From the NCBI GenBank assembly GCA_046754105.1, contig JBHHVD010000033.1, positions 1 to 31,428 of the forward strand: a stretch of DNA of 31,428 bases. The letters are read 5' to 3'. The notes beneath the pieces were generated by a model, which made no database searches, was not told the DNA's origin, and saw nothing but the letters and a program-made list of their open reading frames with translations. The position numbers and the translations under genes are program-made. Below, piece by piece: positions 9,838 to 18,954 of the stretch (its first letter is position 1; each line of letters opens with the position of its first letter). The DNA is from Candidatus Krumholzibacteriia bacterium (GTDB lineage Bacteria; Krumholzibacteriota; Krumholzibacteriia; WVZY01).

Positions 9838-9866
9838 ATCATACCCCAAAAAACCCCAAGTGTCAA
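9838..9866 (-). promoter_or_regulatory. Sigma70-type promoter for the 8055-9770 gene
   Basis: TTGACA (9866-9861), 17 nt spacer, TATGAT (9843-9838); the -35 overlaps the upstream gene's stop codon. Confidence 0.8.
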
Positions 9867-11941
9867 TTTGGTTTACGCTTGGAGCTCCCAACGGCGGCGG
9901 GCCGGTACCGGATGATGACCCGCGCGGCGCCGTTCGGTTCGACCTTGATGAACGGCACCGGGTCGTCGAGCCGGAATTCCGCGGACAGCTTCGCGGGTGC
10001 GTTCACCGTCAACCCCGGGTCCCAATGGTACTTAAGCAGAAAAGGCGCGGACGACCCCGTGCCCTCGACCTCGATGCGGTCGATACCGGCGGCAACCTCG
10101 AGTTCCCTGCCGTCGGTAAATGCCGGCGGGCGGCGTACCCCCCACAGTGCATAGCGGCGGGACGCCCACAACGGCTCCACCGGTGGCAGATCGGACGCGG
10201 CAGTTTGCATGCGCTCGAGGCGGGCCACGAAATCCGTCGCCTCCGGTGTCGCCGTCACGATCCACAGGACATTGTAGAGATCGAGGTACGATTGCAGGCC
10301 GGCGGGCCGGCGGCGCGACAATTCCGTGCCCATGGTCCGTTCCCTCTCGAACGTGGCGAAATGGTGGCGGATGACCGTGAACGGGTACGGCCCGCCGATC
10401 TGTTCGACGCCCGTATAGAGAGGCAGCACACCCGGCAGGTGCACTCCGTCGTAGAGGCGGGCGGGCCCGTCTTCGATCATCAGGCGTCCATGCGGCGTGA
10501 CGCGCTCGCAAACAGCGTCGACTAGCTCACTCACTTCCGGTGACAACGAGGTTGTCACCCGGTGGCGGTAGGCGGTTTGCGCCGACAAAAGGGCGAGCAC
10601 CGGGGGGCTGACCATGAGCGCGGCGAGCATCACCGCAACCAGCGGGGCCGCGCGGGGGATTGCGGCGACGCGTCGCAGGGCTGCGAAGAGCCCGGCGCCC
10701 GCCGGCGCCGAGAGAAAAATCAGCGCCGGGGCCAGAAAGCGGCCGGGCTCGAGCTGGCGCAGCCCGGGCACGTATACGCCGTAGCAGGCGACGGCTAGCA
10801 AAAAGACCCCCGTTACCACCGGCACCGACACGGCGCCGTTCCTGCGCTGCCGCCACGACAGCGCCGCGCCACCCGCGGCCAGCACCAGCATCCCCACCGC
10901 CGGCAGCGCGCCGGGCCGGAGGATGAGGCGCAGGAAATCCCCGACGCCAGCGATCTGGAAATATGCGTTGGAGGCCGTCTTGTCACCCAGGTACCGGAAC
11001 ATCGGCACCGTCCACACGGCGCTCACCGCGAGCACCACGACCCACCACAACACGAGGAGCCACGCCCTTCGCATCGTCACCCGGTGGCGTCTCGCAACGA
11101 GAATCAGGAAAAACGGCACCGGCAGCAGAACCACCACGGTCGGGTGAACGAGAAACAACAACGTCCCCAACACGAAAAACGCGCCGCTTCGTCCACGCTG
11201 CCAGAACCGCCGCAGCAGGCCGGCGACGAGCAACGATCCGTGACTGGCCAGCAGAAAAGCGAACATCCCGGCGTAGCGAAAGTGCGACAGGTAGGGCCGG
11301 CCCCAGTGCCACACGACGAGGAGTATTGCAACGCCCAGCAGCGCCTCGCGTTCCGCATACCCCAGGTATCGCGCTCCTTTGTAGACGGTGACGACCAGCG
11401 TAATGTAGGAAAGCACGATAAAGAGCTTGAGGGCACGCGCAACCTGCCCCCGCGGGAACAACACGCAGAACAGTTCCGCGGCTTTCATGTCGAGATCGAA
11501 GATGGCGCTGGGATAGCCGGCCATAAAGTACGGGTCGTAGTAGTGCAGCCGCCCGGTCGCAAAGAAACGCCCGTTCGCCCGCACGGCCTGGTAGTGATGG
11601 AAAGAGTGGTCGATGGTGAGAACGGGCCGGTCGTTCACCAGGTCTGCGGGCGGCAGAAAGAAAAACGTCGCGACCAGGTGGATCGCTAGCAGGGCGAGGA
11701 GGAGCCTCTTGTGGTGCTCCCCCCGGTCGTGCGGTCCGCACACCCCCGCCCTGGACAGCACCCGGTACAGGACGGTACCGCCGACGGCCACACCGCCCGC
11801 CAGCATCGCATAACTCAGGACCCGTGACACGTGGCGTGCATCGGGATCGAGTGTCGAGAGGAACACGAGCAGCACGGCCGTCGCGCCCGGATAGACGTCT
11901 TGCCACGAAACCGTGTTCCGATTATCTTCTTGGCTTCCCAT
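9863..11941 (-). CDS. Polytopic membrane protein, probable GT-C fold (YfhO / PTPS-related-membrane-protein-like)
   Basis: DHSFHHYQA...YYDPYFMAGYP in the first loop, about 12 TM segments, PGRF motif, soluble C-terminal domain with YLDLYNVLWIV and LKYHWDPG. Confidence 0.65.
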   Translation of the reverse strand: MGSQEDNRNTVSWQDVYPGATAVLLVFLSTLDPDARHVSRVLSYAMLAGGVAVGGTVLYRVLSRAGVCGPHDRGEHHKRLLLALLAIHLVATFFFLPPADLVNDRPVLTIDHSFHHYQAVRANGRFFATGRLHYYDPYFMAGYPSAIFDLDMKAAELFCVLFPRGQVARALKLFIVLSYITLVVTVYKGARYLGYAEREALLGVAILLVVWHWGRPYLSHFRYAGMFAFLLASHGSLLVAGLLRRFWQRGRSGAFFVLGTLLFLVHPTVVVLLPVPFFLILVARRHRVTMRRAWLLVLWWVVVLAVSAVWTVPMFRYLGDKTASNAYFQIAGVGDFLRLILRPGALPAVGMLVLAAGGAALSWRQRRNGAVSVPVVTGVFLLAVACYGVYVPGLRQLEPGRFLAPALIFLSAPAGAGLFAALRRVAAIPRAAPLVAVMLAALMVSPPVLALLSAQTAYRHRVTTSLSPEVSELVDAVCERVTPHGRLMIEDGPARLYDGVHLPGVLPLYTGVEQIGGPYPFTVIRHHFATFERERTMGTELSRRRPAGLQSYLDLYNVLWIVTATPEATDFVARLERMQTAASDLPPVEPLWASRRYALWGVRRPPAFTDGRELEVAAGIDRIEVEGTGSSAPFLLKYHWDPGLTVNAPAKLSAEFRLDDPVPFIKVEPNGAARVIIRYRPAAVGSSKRKPN
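11900..11928 (+). promoter_or_regulatory. Putative sigma70 promoter for the EamA-cobB-Ig-PorV-ligase unit
   Basis: TTGCCA (11900-11905), 17 nt spacer, TATCTT (11923-11928). Confidence 0.55.
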
Positions 11942-11984
11942 AACCGATCATCGACCCCGCGCCCCAACCCGTGGCCAGGATTGA

Positions 11985-12887
11985 ATGAGCACAGGATCCA
12001 AACTCACCGTCTACAGCGCCCTTTGCGTGATCTGGAGTTCCACCTGGTTGATGATCAAGGTGGGGCTGGCCGGCGCGCCTCCGTTTACAGCGGCAGGAAT
12101 TCGGTTGATCATAGCATCTTTTCTCATTTTTGTAATTCTGTGGCGGCGCGGCATGAGGCTGCCGCGGACGGCCGCGTTCTACCGCTTGTCACTTTTTCTC
12201 GGCACGGTCCAGATGGCCGGTGGCTACGGGCTCGTTTACTGGGGAGAACAGCACATATCGTCGGGGTTGGCCGCGATTCTTTTCAGCTCGATGCCGCTGC
12301 TCGTGGCGGTCCTGGCGCGCCTGGTGGTGGGCGAAGCCTTGTCGGTGCTGAAAGTCATCGGCATCATCGCCGGCGTCACCGGGGTCTACGTCATCTTTTC
12401 GGACGGCGTTTCACTCGGCGGTCCCCAGAGTGCCAGCGGCATCGTCGCGGTGCTCGGCAGCGTCGCCTGCACCAGCGTGTCTACGGTAACGATCAAGAAA
12501 TACGCTACCGCGTATCACCCCTTCGCCGCGATGGCACTGCCGGTGCTTCTCGGCGGGCTGCTGCTGTCCGCGTGCGGGTTGCTCTTCGAGCGCGACCGCC
12601 ACATAGAATGGAACGGCGCGACGGTTTTCAGCATCGTCTACCTGGCGGTGTTCGGCTCCGTGATCGCGTTCTCCCTCTACTTCTGGATCATCAAACATAT
12701 CGAAGTCACCGTGCTTTCCTACCAAACGTTTATTCTTCCCATCCTGGCGGGTCTGCTCGGCTGGATTTTTCTGCGTGAAACGGTTACAATCAGAATCGTC
12801 ATCGGCGGGAGCATGATCCTCGCGGGTATCGCGCTCGCGATATTGCCACGAACACGGTTGAGAAGGAATGAGGGTGCCGGACCCTAG
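11985..12887 (+). CDS. EamA/DMT family transporter
   Basis: About 10 TM segments in two EamA repeats: IWSSTW, ISSGLAAIL, YLAVFGSVIAFSLYF. Confidence 0.93.
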   Translation: MSTGSKLTVYSALCVIWSSTWLMIKVGLAGAPPFTAAGIRLIIASFLIFVILWRRGMRLPRTAAFYRLSLFLGTVQMAGGYGLVYWGEQHISSGLAAILFSSMPLLVAVLARLVVGEALSVLKVIGIIAGVTGVYVIFSDGVSLGGPQSASGIVAVLGSVACTSVSTVTIKKYATAYHPFAAMALPVLLGGLLLSACGLLFERDRHIEWNGATVFSIVYLAVFGSVIAFSLYFWIIKHIEVTVLSYQTFILPILAGLLGWIFLRETVTIRIVIGGSMILAGIALAILPRTRLRRNEGAGP

Positions 12888-13641
12888 CACCGATATGGAG
12901 AAATGTGTACGTGCCCTCGTCGAAGCGCGGTCGGTCGTTGTGTCCACCGGCGCGGGGATCTCCAAGGAGAGCGGCATTCCCACGTTTCGCGACGCGCCAA
13001 ACGCGTTGTGGGCCAGGTACGACCCGCAAACGCTGGCGACCCGGGAAGGCTTCGCCGGCGACCCGGCCCTCGTGTGGCGCTGGTACGCGGAGCGCCGTCG
13101 CATGATATCGGAGGCGGCGCCCAACGCGGGACACGTGGCGCTCGCCGAGCTCGAAACACTACTCGGTGACGTGATGCTGCTCACCCAGAATATCGATGAC
13201 CTGCACCGGAAGGCGGGTTCGAAGGATATCGTCGAGATCCACGGCAATATTTTTCGTTTTAAGTGCTTTGACCGCGACCACCCGCTCGAGACGCCGCTCG
13301 GAGACGGGGTTCCCCCTCGCTGTCACTGCGGATCGTTCGTCCGCCCCGATGTCGTGTGGTTCGGCGAGATGCTGCCCGAGGCGGCGATCGACCGCGCCTA
13401 CGAGGGCCTGTCCGCGTGCGACGTCATCCTCGTCGTGGGCACCTCGGGCATGGTACAGCCGGCCGCGGGGTTCCCGCTGATCGCCAGGCGGGCGGGTGCG
13501 TTCGTCATCGAGGTGAACCCGGAGGAAACACCGGTCACGCGTGAGGCGGACGTGCTGCTGCGGGGGCCGGCGGGCGAGATGTTGCCCGCACTGCTGGAAC
13601 GGTTGAGGTCTTCGCTGAACAGGGAAGGTTCCCACTCTTGA
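12868..13641 (+). CDS. cobB: NAD-dependent protein deacylase, class III sirtuin
   Basis: TGAGISKESGIPTFRD, TQNIDDLH, HGN, RPDVVWFGE, VGTSG, EVNP; YxxR pocket (WYAER). Alternative start ATG 12895. Confidence 0.93.
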   Translation: MRVPDPSTDMEKCVRALVEARSVVVSTGAGISKESGIPTFRDAPNALWARYDPQTLATREGFAGDPALVWRWYAERRRMISEAAPNAGHVALAELETLLGDVMLLTQNIDDLHRKAGSKDIVEIHGNIFRFKCFDRDHPLETPLGDGVPPRCHCGSFVRPDVVWFGEMLPEAAIDRAYEGLSACDVILVVGTSGMVQPAAGFPLIARRAGAFVIEVNPEETPVTREADVLLRGPAGEMLPALLERLRSSLNREGSHS

Positions 13642-15227
13642 GCCGGCGCATCGCTCTTTTTCTGGCTCCCCTGCTCGCCGCCGCCTGTCTGCCGGCGCAC
13701 GCCCGGGCGCAGGGCATCATTGCAAACCTGCAGGTCGACAAGTTCACGTTCTCTCCCAACGGGGACGGCGTTACCGATTCCGCCACAGTTACCTACACGC
13801 TCTCGGACACCGCGGCGGTGTACGTGCTGATCGTGCAGTCAGACTCGGTCACCGTCGTCGACACGCTGGTCGCGGGCGTAGTGCACAACCCGCAGGACAC
13901 GCCGGCGAGTGTTACCTGGGACGGCCGCTCCCAGGGCGGCCCCGTCGTTGCCGACGGGCGTTACGTGGTCTTCATGAAGGCGCAAAACGCCTCGGCCGCC
14001 GATTCGGCGTACCTGTCGGTTGCGGTCGACCTCACACCCCCGCAGGTGACGATCGTCAACGTCTCGCCCGCCACGCCGTTCGCACCGAACGCGCCCGGCC
14101 AGCCAACGCCGCTCAAGATCGACTTCGTGCTCAGAGACGCGCCGCCTTCGACCAGCGTCTTCGCCAGTGTGAGCATTTTCGATCCGTCGGCGTCGGTCAT
14201 CCAGACGGTGGTCAATTCCGATCAACCGCTCGACACTACGCTGCAGGCCCAGTGGGACGGCACCGGCACGACCACCGACGGTCAATACGAGGCCCGGGTC
14301 GTGGCCACGGACCAGGCGGGGCAGACGGCAACGACCTTTACCGCCATCACCGTCGATCTTGACGACCCGGACCTCGCGATTACCAGCCTTCCGGCCGACC
14401 AGCACCTGCAGGCGATTCCCGACAGCCTCTTTGGCTGGGCCTGGGACCGTAACGGCATCGACTCGGTGTTCGTGCGCTACTCCGGCGGCGTGGCGGCGTT
14501 CGAACCGGTGGCGTCGACGAAGCTTGTTACGGATACGCTGTTCTTTGCCGTGCAGCTGGTGGATTCGCTGACGGCCGACGGCACCTACGCCATGGGGTTC
14601 AAGGCCGTCGACCGCGTGGCGCGCGAGCGGATCATTCCCTTTGCGATCACGTTGGACCGCTCGGCACCCCCGGTACCGACGCTCGTCCAACCGGCCAGTC
14701 CGACCCGGAAGCCGCGCTTCCTGCTCGACGTGACGCAGTCACCGGTGCCGGGCGAATGGAACGTCATGCGGATCTTTCGCAACGGAGCGTTTCTGGACTC
14801 GGTTTTTCCCAACCTGCCGAACGCCGGCCTGCCGTACGACGCCGCGTTGCTCCCCGGCGCCAACCGTTTCACCGCCGTCGCCGTTGACCAGGCGGGTAAC
14901 GGCAGCGCCGCGTCCAACGAGATTACGATCGTGTTCGACAGCGCCGCCGGTCTGTCGATGCCGCAGCCGTTTGTGGCCAACGACGATTTTCAGATCAACC
15001 TGACCAAACCGGCCCTGACCGTCACCGTGAAGATCTACGACCTCGGGGGGCACCTCGTCGAGGAGCTATCGAGCAGCATCGTCTCGACCAGCGTTACCAT
15101 CTCGTGGGACGGTCTCAACGGAGACAGTGACCCGGTCGAGAAGGGCCCGCTGGTCGCCGTTGCCCGCGCGCACTATCTAGATGGTGATCGGGAGGTCTTT
15201 CGTGAGATTTTTCTGTTTCAGCCCTAG
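13638..15227 (+). CDS. Secreted multi-Ig-domain protein with FlgD-Ig / T9SS-CTD-like domains
   Basis: Signal peptide ending ARA/Q; FSPNGDG; three WDG motifs; D-x-AG-[NQ] Big-type motifs; C-terminal PQPF...VKIYDLGGHLV...SWDG. TTG start overlaps the cobB stop. Confidence 0.8.
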   Translation: MSRRIALFLAPLLAAACLPAHARAQGIIANLQVDKFTFSPNGDGVTDSATVTYTLSDTAAVYVLIVQSDSVTVVDTLVAGVVHNPQDTPASVTWDGRSQGGPVVADGRYVVFMKAQNASAADSAYLSVAVDLTPPQVTIVNVSPATPFAPNAPGQPTPLKIDFVLRDAPPSTSVFASVSIFDPSASVIQTVVNSDQPLDTTLQAQWDGTGTTTDGQYEARVVATDQAGQTATTFTAITVDLDDPDLAITSLPADQHLQAIPDSLFGWAWDRNGIDSVFVRYSGGVAAFEPVASTKLVTDTLFFAVQLVDSLTADGTYAMGFKAVDRVARERIIPFAITLDRSAPPVPTLVQPASPTRKPRFLLDVTQSPVPGEWNVMRIFRNGAFLDSVFPNLPNAGLPYDAALLPGANRFTAVAVDQAGNGSAASNEITIVFDSAAGLSMPQPFVANDDFQINLTKPALTVTVKIYDLGGHLVEELSSSIVSTSVTISWDGLNGDSDPVEKGPLVAVARAHYLDGDREVFREIFLFQP

Positions 15228-15239
15228 GAAGAGGTCCCC

Positions 15240-16163
15240 GTGAAGCCGCTTCGCATGCACGTACTCGCTCTCGTCCTTCTCGTTTTCGGCCAAAGCCCGG
15301 CCCGGGCGGGATTCGGTGCCGGCGGGAGCTTCTCCGCACCCGGCTACGGCGCGCGCGCGTGGGGCATGGCGGGCGCGGCGGTTGCCGTCGGAGCCGACGA
15401 AAGCGCTTCGTTCTGGAACCCGGCGCTGCTCGCCCTGCTCGATCGTGACCGGCTGGGGCTCTCTTACATCGACCTCGTCCCGGGTACCGACGCCCGGCAG
15501 TCGTACGTCGCCTACGCGCGCATCCTCAAACCTGGAACGGTCGAAGAGCCGGGGCTCGAATTCGCCCGCCATGCGGCCGGTCTCGTTTACGGCAACCTGT
15601 CCCTGGAGCTGTCCGACGGCCGCACGCACACCGAAAACACGGTGCGACTCGCCTACGCCTTCGCCCCGCAGCACTTCGTGTCGGTGGGCGTGGCCTTCAG
15701 CGTCCTCTTTTCCAGCAGTGACGTCACGCAATTTGGCTCCTTGGGTACGGCGCTGGACGCCGGGTTTCGCATTGCGTTACTCGAGAACGTCACCGCGGCA
15801 GCGGTCATACGAAGCGCCTTTTCGGAGATTTCGTTCGACGACGGCATCAGCTTTCAACTCCCCCGTTTCTTCACGCTCGGCGTGGCGTACACGGGCTATC
15901 GCGGCCTGACGCTGGAGGGTGACGTGGTCACCGGGTTTGGGGGCGTATCAAGAACGGTGATCGGCGGCGAGTACGGGCTGTTCTCGGATGTGTTGTCGCT
16001 GCGGGGCGGGCTCGCCGCCATCCAGGCCGGGCGCTCCCGGAGCGTTCCACACTTCGGCCTCGGAGTGCGCATCGGCCGCCTGAGGCTGGACTACAACGCG
16101 AACCTCGACGACGAAGACGCGTTCGGCGATACGCACCGCTTCGCTCTCGGCGTCGGACTCTAG
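15240..16163 (+). CDS. PorV/PorQ (UPF0164, FadL-like) outer-membrane beta-barrel
   Basis: Signal peptide, then GARAWGMAGAAVAVGADESASFWNPALLA, amphipathic strands and C-terminal GDTHRFALGVGL. Confidence 0.82.
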   Translation: MKPLRMHVLALVLLVFGQSPARAGFGAGGSFSAPGYGARAWGMAGAAVAVGADESASFWNPALLALLDRDRLGLSYIDLVPGTDARQSYVAYARILKPGTVEEPGLEFARHAAGLVYGNLSLELSDGRTHTENTVRLAYAFAPQHFVSVGVAFSVLFSSSDVTQFGSLGTALDAGFRIALLENVTAAAVIRSAFSEISFDDGISFQLPRFFTLGVAYTGYRGLTLEGDVVTGFGGVSRTVIGGEYGLFSDVLSLRGGLAAIQAGRSRSVPHFGLGVRIGRLRLDYNANLDDEDAFGDTHRFALGVGL

Positions 16164-16169
16164 GCGGCC

Positions 16170-17402
16170 GTGATCCCATCCGCTCACAGGATATCCAATA
16201 CCCTCTGGGTCGTTTCCCTCTGCGGCGTGGCCGCATTCATTCCGTTCTCCATTTCCGGGGCCAACATCTCCATCATGCTCGGTTTCCTTGGCAGTATGAT
16301 CGCCGTTGTCACCGACCCCGAGACGCGGCTGCGTTACCGCGGTATGCGCCGCGACCCGTTCCTCGTCGCTTCCGTTCTCCTGGTGCTGTCCGCCCTGCCG
16401 GCCGTGCTCTTGTCGGAGGACCTGCCGCGGGCCCTGCGGGACTGGAAGTCGTACTGGCTGCTCCTCATTTATTTTCTGGTGGCGTACAACCTCGTCTCCG
16501 ACCGGCTGCGCCGCGCGATCTTCTGGGTTCTGTTCACTTCGATGAGCGTTTCCTCATTGATCGTGCTCGTGCAGTCTCGGGGCGGCATCGACCTGGGCGT
16601 GTTGCGTATCGGCGCACAACCCGGCCGGCCGAGCAGCACGCTCTTCACCATGACCTTCGCCGGCGTTCTCTACCAGATCGCCGTGGTCAACTTCGCGGTG
16701 ATGTTGAAGGAACGGCGCTGGAGTGGGGCCGCGTTCACGATCGGCGCGGGATTTACGCTGCAGGTGGTGTCGCTGCTGCTCAACCGCACACGCGGCGCAT
16801 GGCTCGCGCTCGTTGCCGGGCTGGGAGCGGTTACCGTTCTCATCCGGCGCCGCGGGGTGCTGCTGGCGGGCGTGGCGGCGATCGTGCTGGCCACCGGCTT
16901 CGGCGCCGCCAGCCCCGGAATACGGGAGCGCGCGGCCGCCATGTTCGACAACTTGTCGCATCCCGGCGACGAGACCATCTCGACACGTCTCGTGCTATGG
17001 GACATTTCATGGGAGGTGTTCAAGGCCCATCCACTGCTCGGTGTGGGAATGGGTGACTACAGTATCGAGGCGGACCGCCTCCTGCGCGAGAGAGAGGTTA
17101 CGACCACGGTCGATTCGCACAACATCTACCTGCAGCTCCTGGCGACGCGCGGCGTCGTGGGTTTTCTTCCCTTCGCGTTTTTCTGGTTCACGCTCATCAG
17201 ATTGCTCGTCCGAACGCGTCGCTCCCTCCGCACGCGCGACGCGTTCGGCTACCACTTTGTCACCGGCGTCATCGCCGTAGCCGTAGCCGTCCTCGTGGGA
17301 GCCCTGACCGAGAACAACATCGACGACAGCGAAGTGTTCATCGCCTTCATGTTTCTCGTCGGCGTCGCCCGCAGCTTTGTCGTCGCTACCTGCCGCGATT
17401 AG
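16170..17402 (+). CDS. O-antigen ligase family protein (WaaL/PglL-like)
   Basis: Many TM segments; NRTRGAW, RLVLW, HPLLGVGMG, SHNIYLQ. Confidence 0.9.
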   Translation: MIPSAHRISNTLWVVSLCGVAAFIPFSISGANISIMLGFLGSMIAVVTDPETRLRYRGMRRDPFLVASVLLVLSALPAVLLSEDLPRALRDWKSYWLLLIYFLVAYNLVSDRLRRAIFWVLFTSMSVSSLIVLVQSRGGIDLGVLRIGAQPGRPSSTLFTMTFAGVLYQIAVVNFAVMLKERRWSGAAFTIGAGFTLQVVSLLLNRTRGAWLALVAGLGAVTVLIRRRGVLLAGVAAIVLATGFGAASPGIRERAAAMFDNLSHPGDETISTRLVLWDISWEVFKAHPLLGVGMGDYSIEADRLLREREVTTTVDSHNIYLQLLATRGVVGFLPFAFFWFTLIRLLVRTRRSLRTRDAFGYHFVTGVIAVAVAVLVGALTENNIDDSEVFIAFMFLVGVARSFVVATCRD

Positions 17403-18715
17403 TTCGCCCGGGCGGACGGCGCAAGAACCGGCTTCGAACGGCCCCGCAGTCTTCGTACGATACGGCAGGCCGCTTCGGCCGCAAAAATCGCGATCACCGG
17501 TTCGATCGGGATCCGCATGCGAATCGACCCGTGAAAAACGGCTGCGGTCAGCGTGTGGGTCACGAGCAGGCCGTACAGCAGCACGAGCCCGCGGTGGTCC
17601 CGAAACGTCATCACCAGCCCCAGCACGAACAACGGGATGACGAGCGCCGCGTAGGCGAATCCGGCGTCGAGTGAGGCGGCCAGCCCGCCGAGCACGCTAT
17701 CCTTATTCCACCACCACCCGCTCTTGACCCCGCTCATACCGGCGTCACTTCGAACCCGCCAGAAGCGCGCGAGCTTTCTCCATACGAGGAGCGGGACCTC
17801 ACCCTTGTTTTCGCTGAGGAACTTCTTTCCCGCCGCCCACGCCGCCCGGTCCTTTTCCACGACGCCGAGGGCGCGAAGCCCGTCGTGGTCCGGCAGCATG
17901 TAAAGCGGCGCCACACCTCCCCGGTACTGGGGGGTGTCGATCACGCGGGGGTTGTTGCCCTGATAGAACGTTATGCCGCCGTGCGAGGTAAAAAACATCC
18001 ATTTGCCGAAAACCGCATTGTTGCGTGCCGCCCACGGCAGCAACGTCACCGTCACCAGCGCGGCGAGTACCGAGCCGCGCGCGAGGAGCGCTTTCCAGTC
18101 GAAGCGCGCGTGCAGCCAGAAGAAGAACAACAGCCACGGCACCAGCAGCACCATGGTCGGCCTCGCGAGCGCCCCGAGCCCGAGCAGGATTCCCGCCGCC
18201 GCCGCGCGTTTCCACGAGCCGGACAGCCGCTCCGCCCGCGGGACCACGAGCAGAACGAGGAGGATGAGAATCGTATAGAGATTCTCCGTTAAAAGGTACG
18301 CGCTTATAAAAATGAGAAATGGGTTGCACGCGGTCAGCGCGGCCGAGGTCCACGCAACGGCGGGTGAGAAATACAAACGTGCAACGCGCAAGACGAGCAG
18401 CACGACGAGGGTACCCAGCAGGATTTGCACGACGCGAGCCCACACCACGCTCGGGCCCGTTACGCGGTAGAGTACACCGAGCATCACGGGGTAGAGCGGC
18501 GGGCGGCGGGCGACCTCGTGGCCGTCGATCGCATACCCCTCTCCCGCGGCGAGGCTCGAGGCCAGCGCGTGGTAGTCGGTCTCGTCGCCGACGGGCGGCC
18601 GGTCCCATCCAACCACCAGCGCGCAAAAGACGATGCGCAGCGCGAGCGCCACGCCCACGATCACCATCACGCCGCTCTTCGAATTCAAGGCTCTCCTCCC
18701 GTCATGGGCCGGCAC
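17399..18715 (-). CDS. GT-C fold glycosyltransferase, family 39/ArnT-like
   Basis: GDETDY after TM1, RPPLYP, LLTENL, LARP, PWAARN, GITFYQGNNP, RMRIP. Confidence 0.85.
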   Translation of the reverse strand: MPAHDGRRALNSKSGVMVIVGVALALRIVFCALVVGWDRPPVGDETDYHALASSLAAGEGYAIDGHEVARRPPLYPVMLGVLYRVTGPSVVWARVVQILLGTLVVLLVLRVARLYFSPAVAWTSAALTACNPFLIFISAYLLTENLYTILILLVLLVVPRAERLSGSWKRAAAAGILLGLGALARPTMVLLVPWLLFFFWLHARFDWKALLARGSVLAALVTVTLLPWAARNNAVFGKWMFFTSHGGITFYQGNNPRVIDTPQYRGGVAPLYMLPDHDGLRALGVVEKDRAAWAAGKKFLSENKGEVPLLVWRKLARFWRVRSDAGMSGVKSGWWWNKDSVLGGLAASLDAGFAYAALVIPLFVLGLVMTFRDHRGLVLLYGLLVTHTLTAAVFHGSIRMRIPIEPVIAIFAAEAACRIVRRLRGRSKPVLAPSARAN

Positions 18716-18753
18716 GGGGCGTTCCCGCCGCGGGCCTCTTGAGCTCCACCCGA

Positions 18754-18782
18754 ATACTAGCAGCTATGTATAATAGCGACAA
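18754..18782 (-). promoter_or_regulatory. Putative sigma70 promoter for the GT39 gene
   Basis: TTGTCG (18782-18777), 17 nt spacer, TAGTAT (18759-18754) with TGn extension; GCTAT-N5-ATAGC palindrome at 18763-18777. Confidence 0.55.
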
Positions 18783-18954
18783 CCGGTTGATTTCATCCGC
18801 CCGGCCCACCGTTCCGCCGCCAGATTTGGGTTGCGGACATTTCGAGCCGGGGTATATAAGTTAGGCGCTCAGTCTTTGTGGCTCAATCGCGAAGGACCCC
18901 CAGCAGCCCCTCCCGCTTCGCGGCCGGAACTCACTACCACTGGAGGATGTGCAC

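Noticed and set aside
12868..13641. Sir2 as an anti-phage effector (Thoeris/DSR/pAgo-associated)
   Set aside because: It has canonical CobB deacylase motifs and size, and no defence partners nearby.
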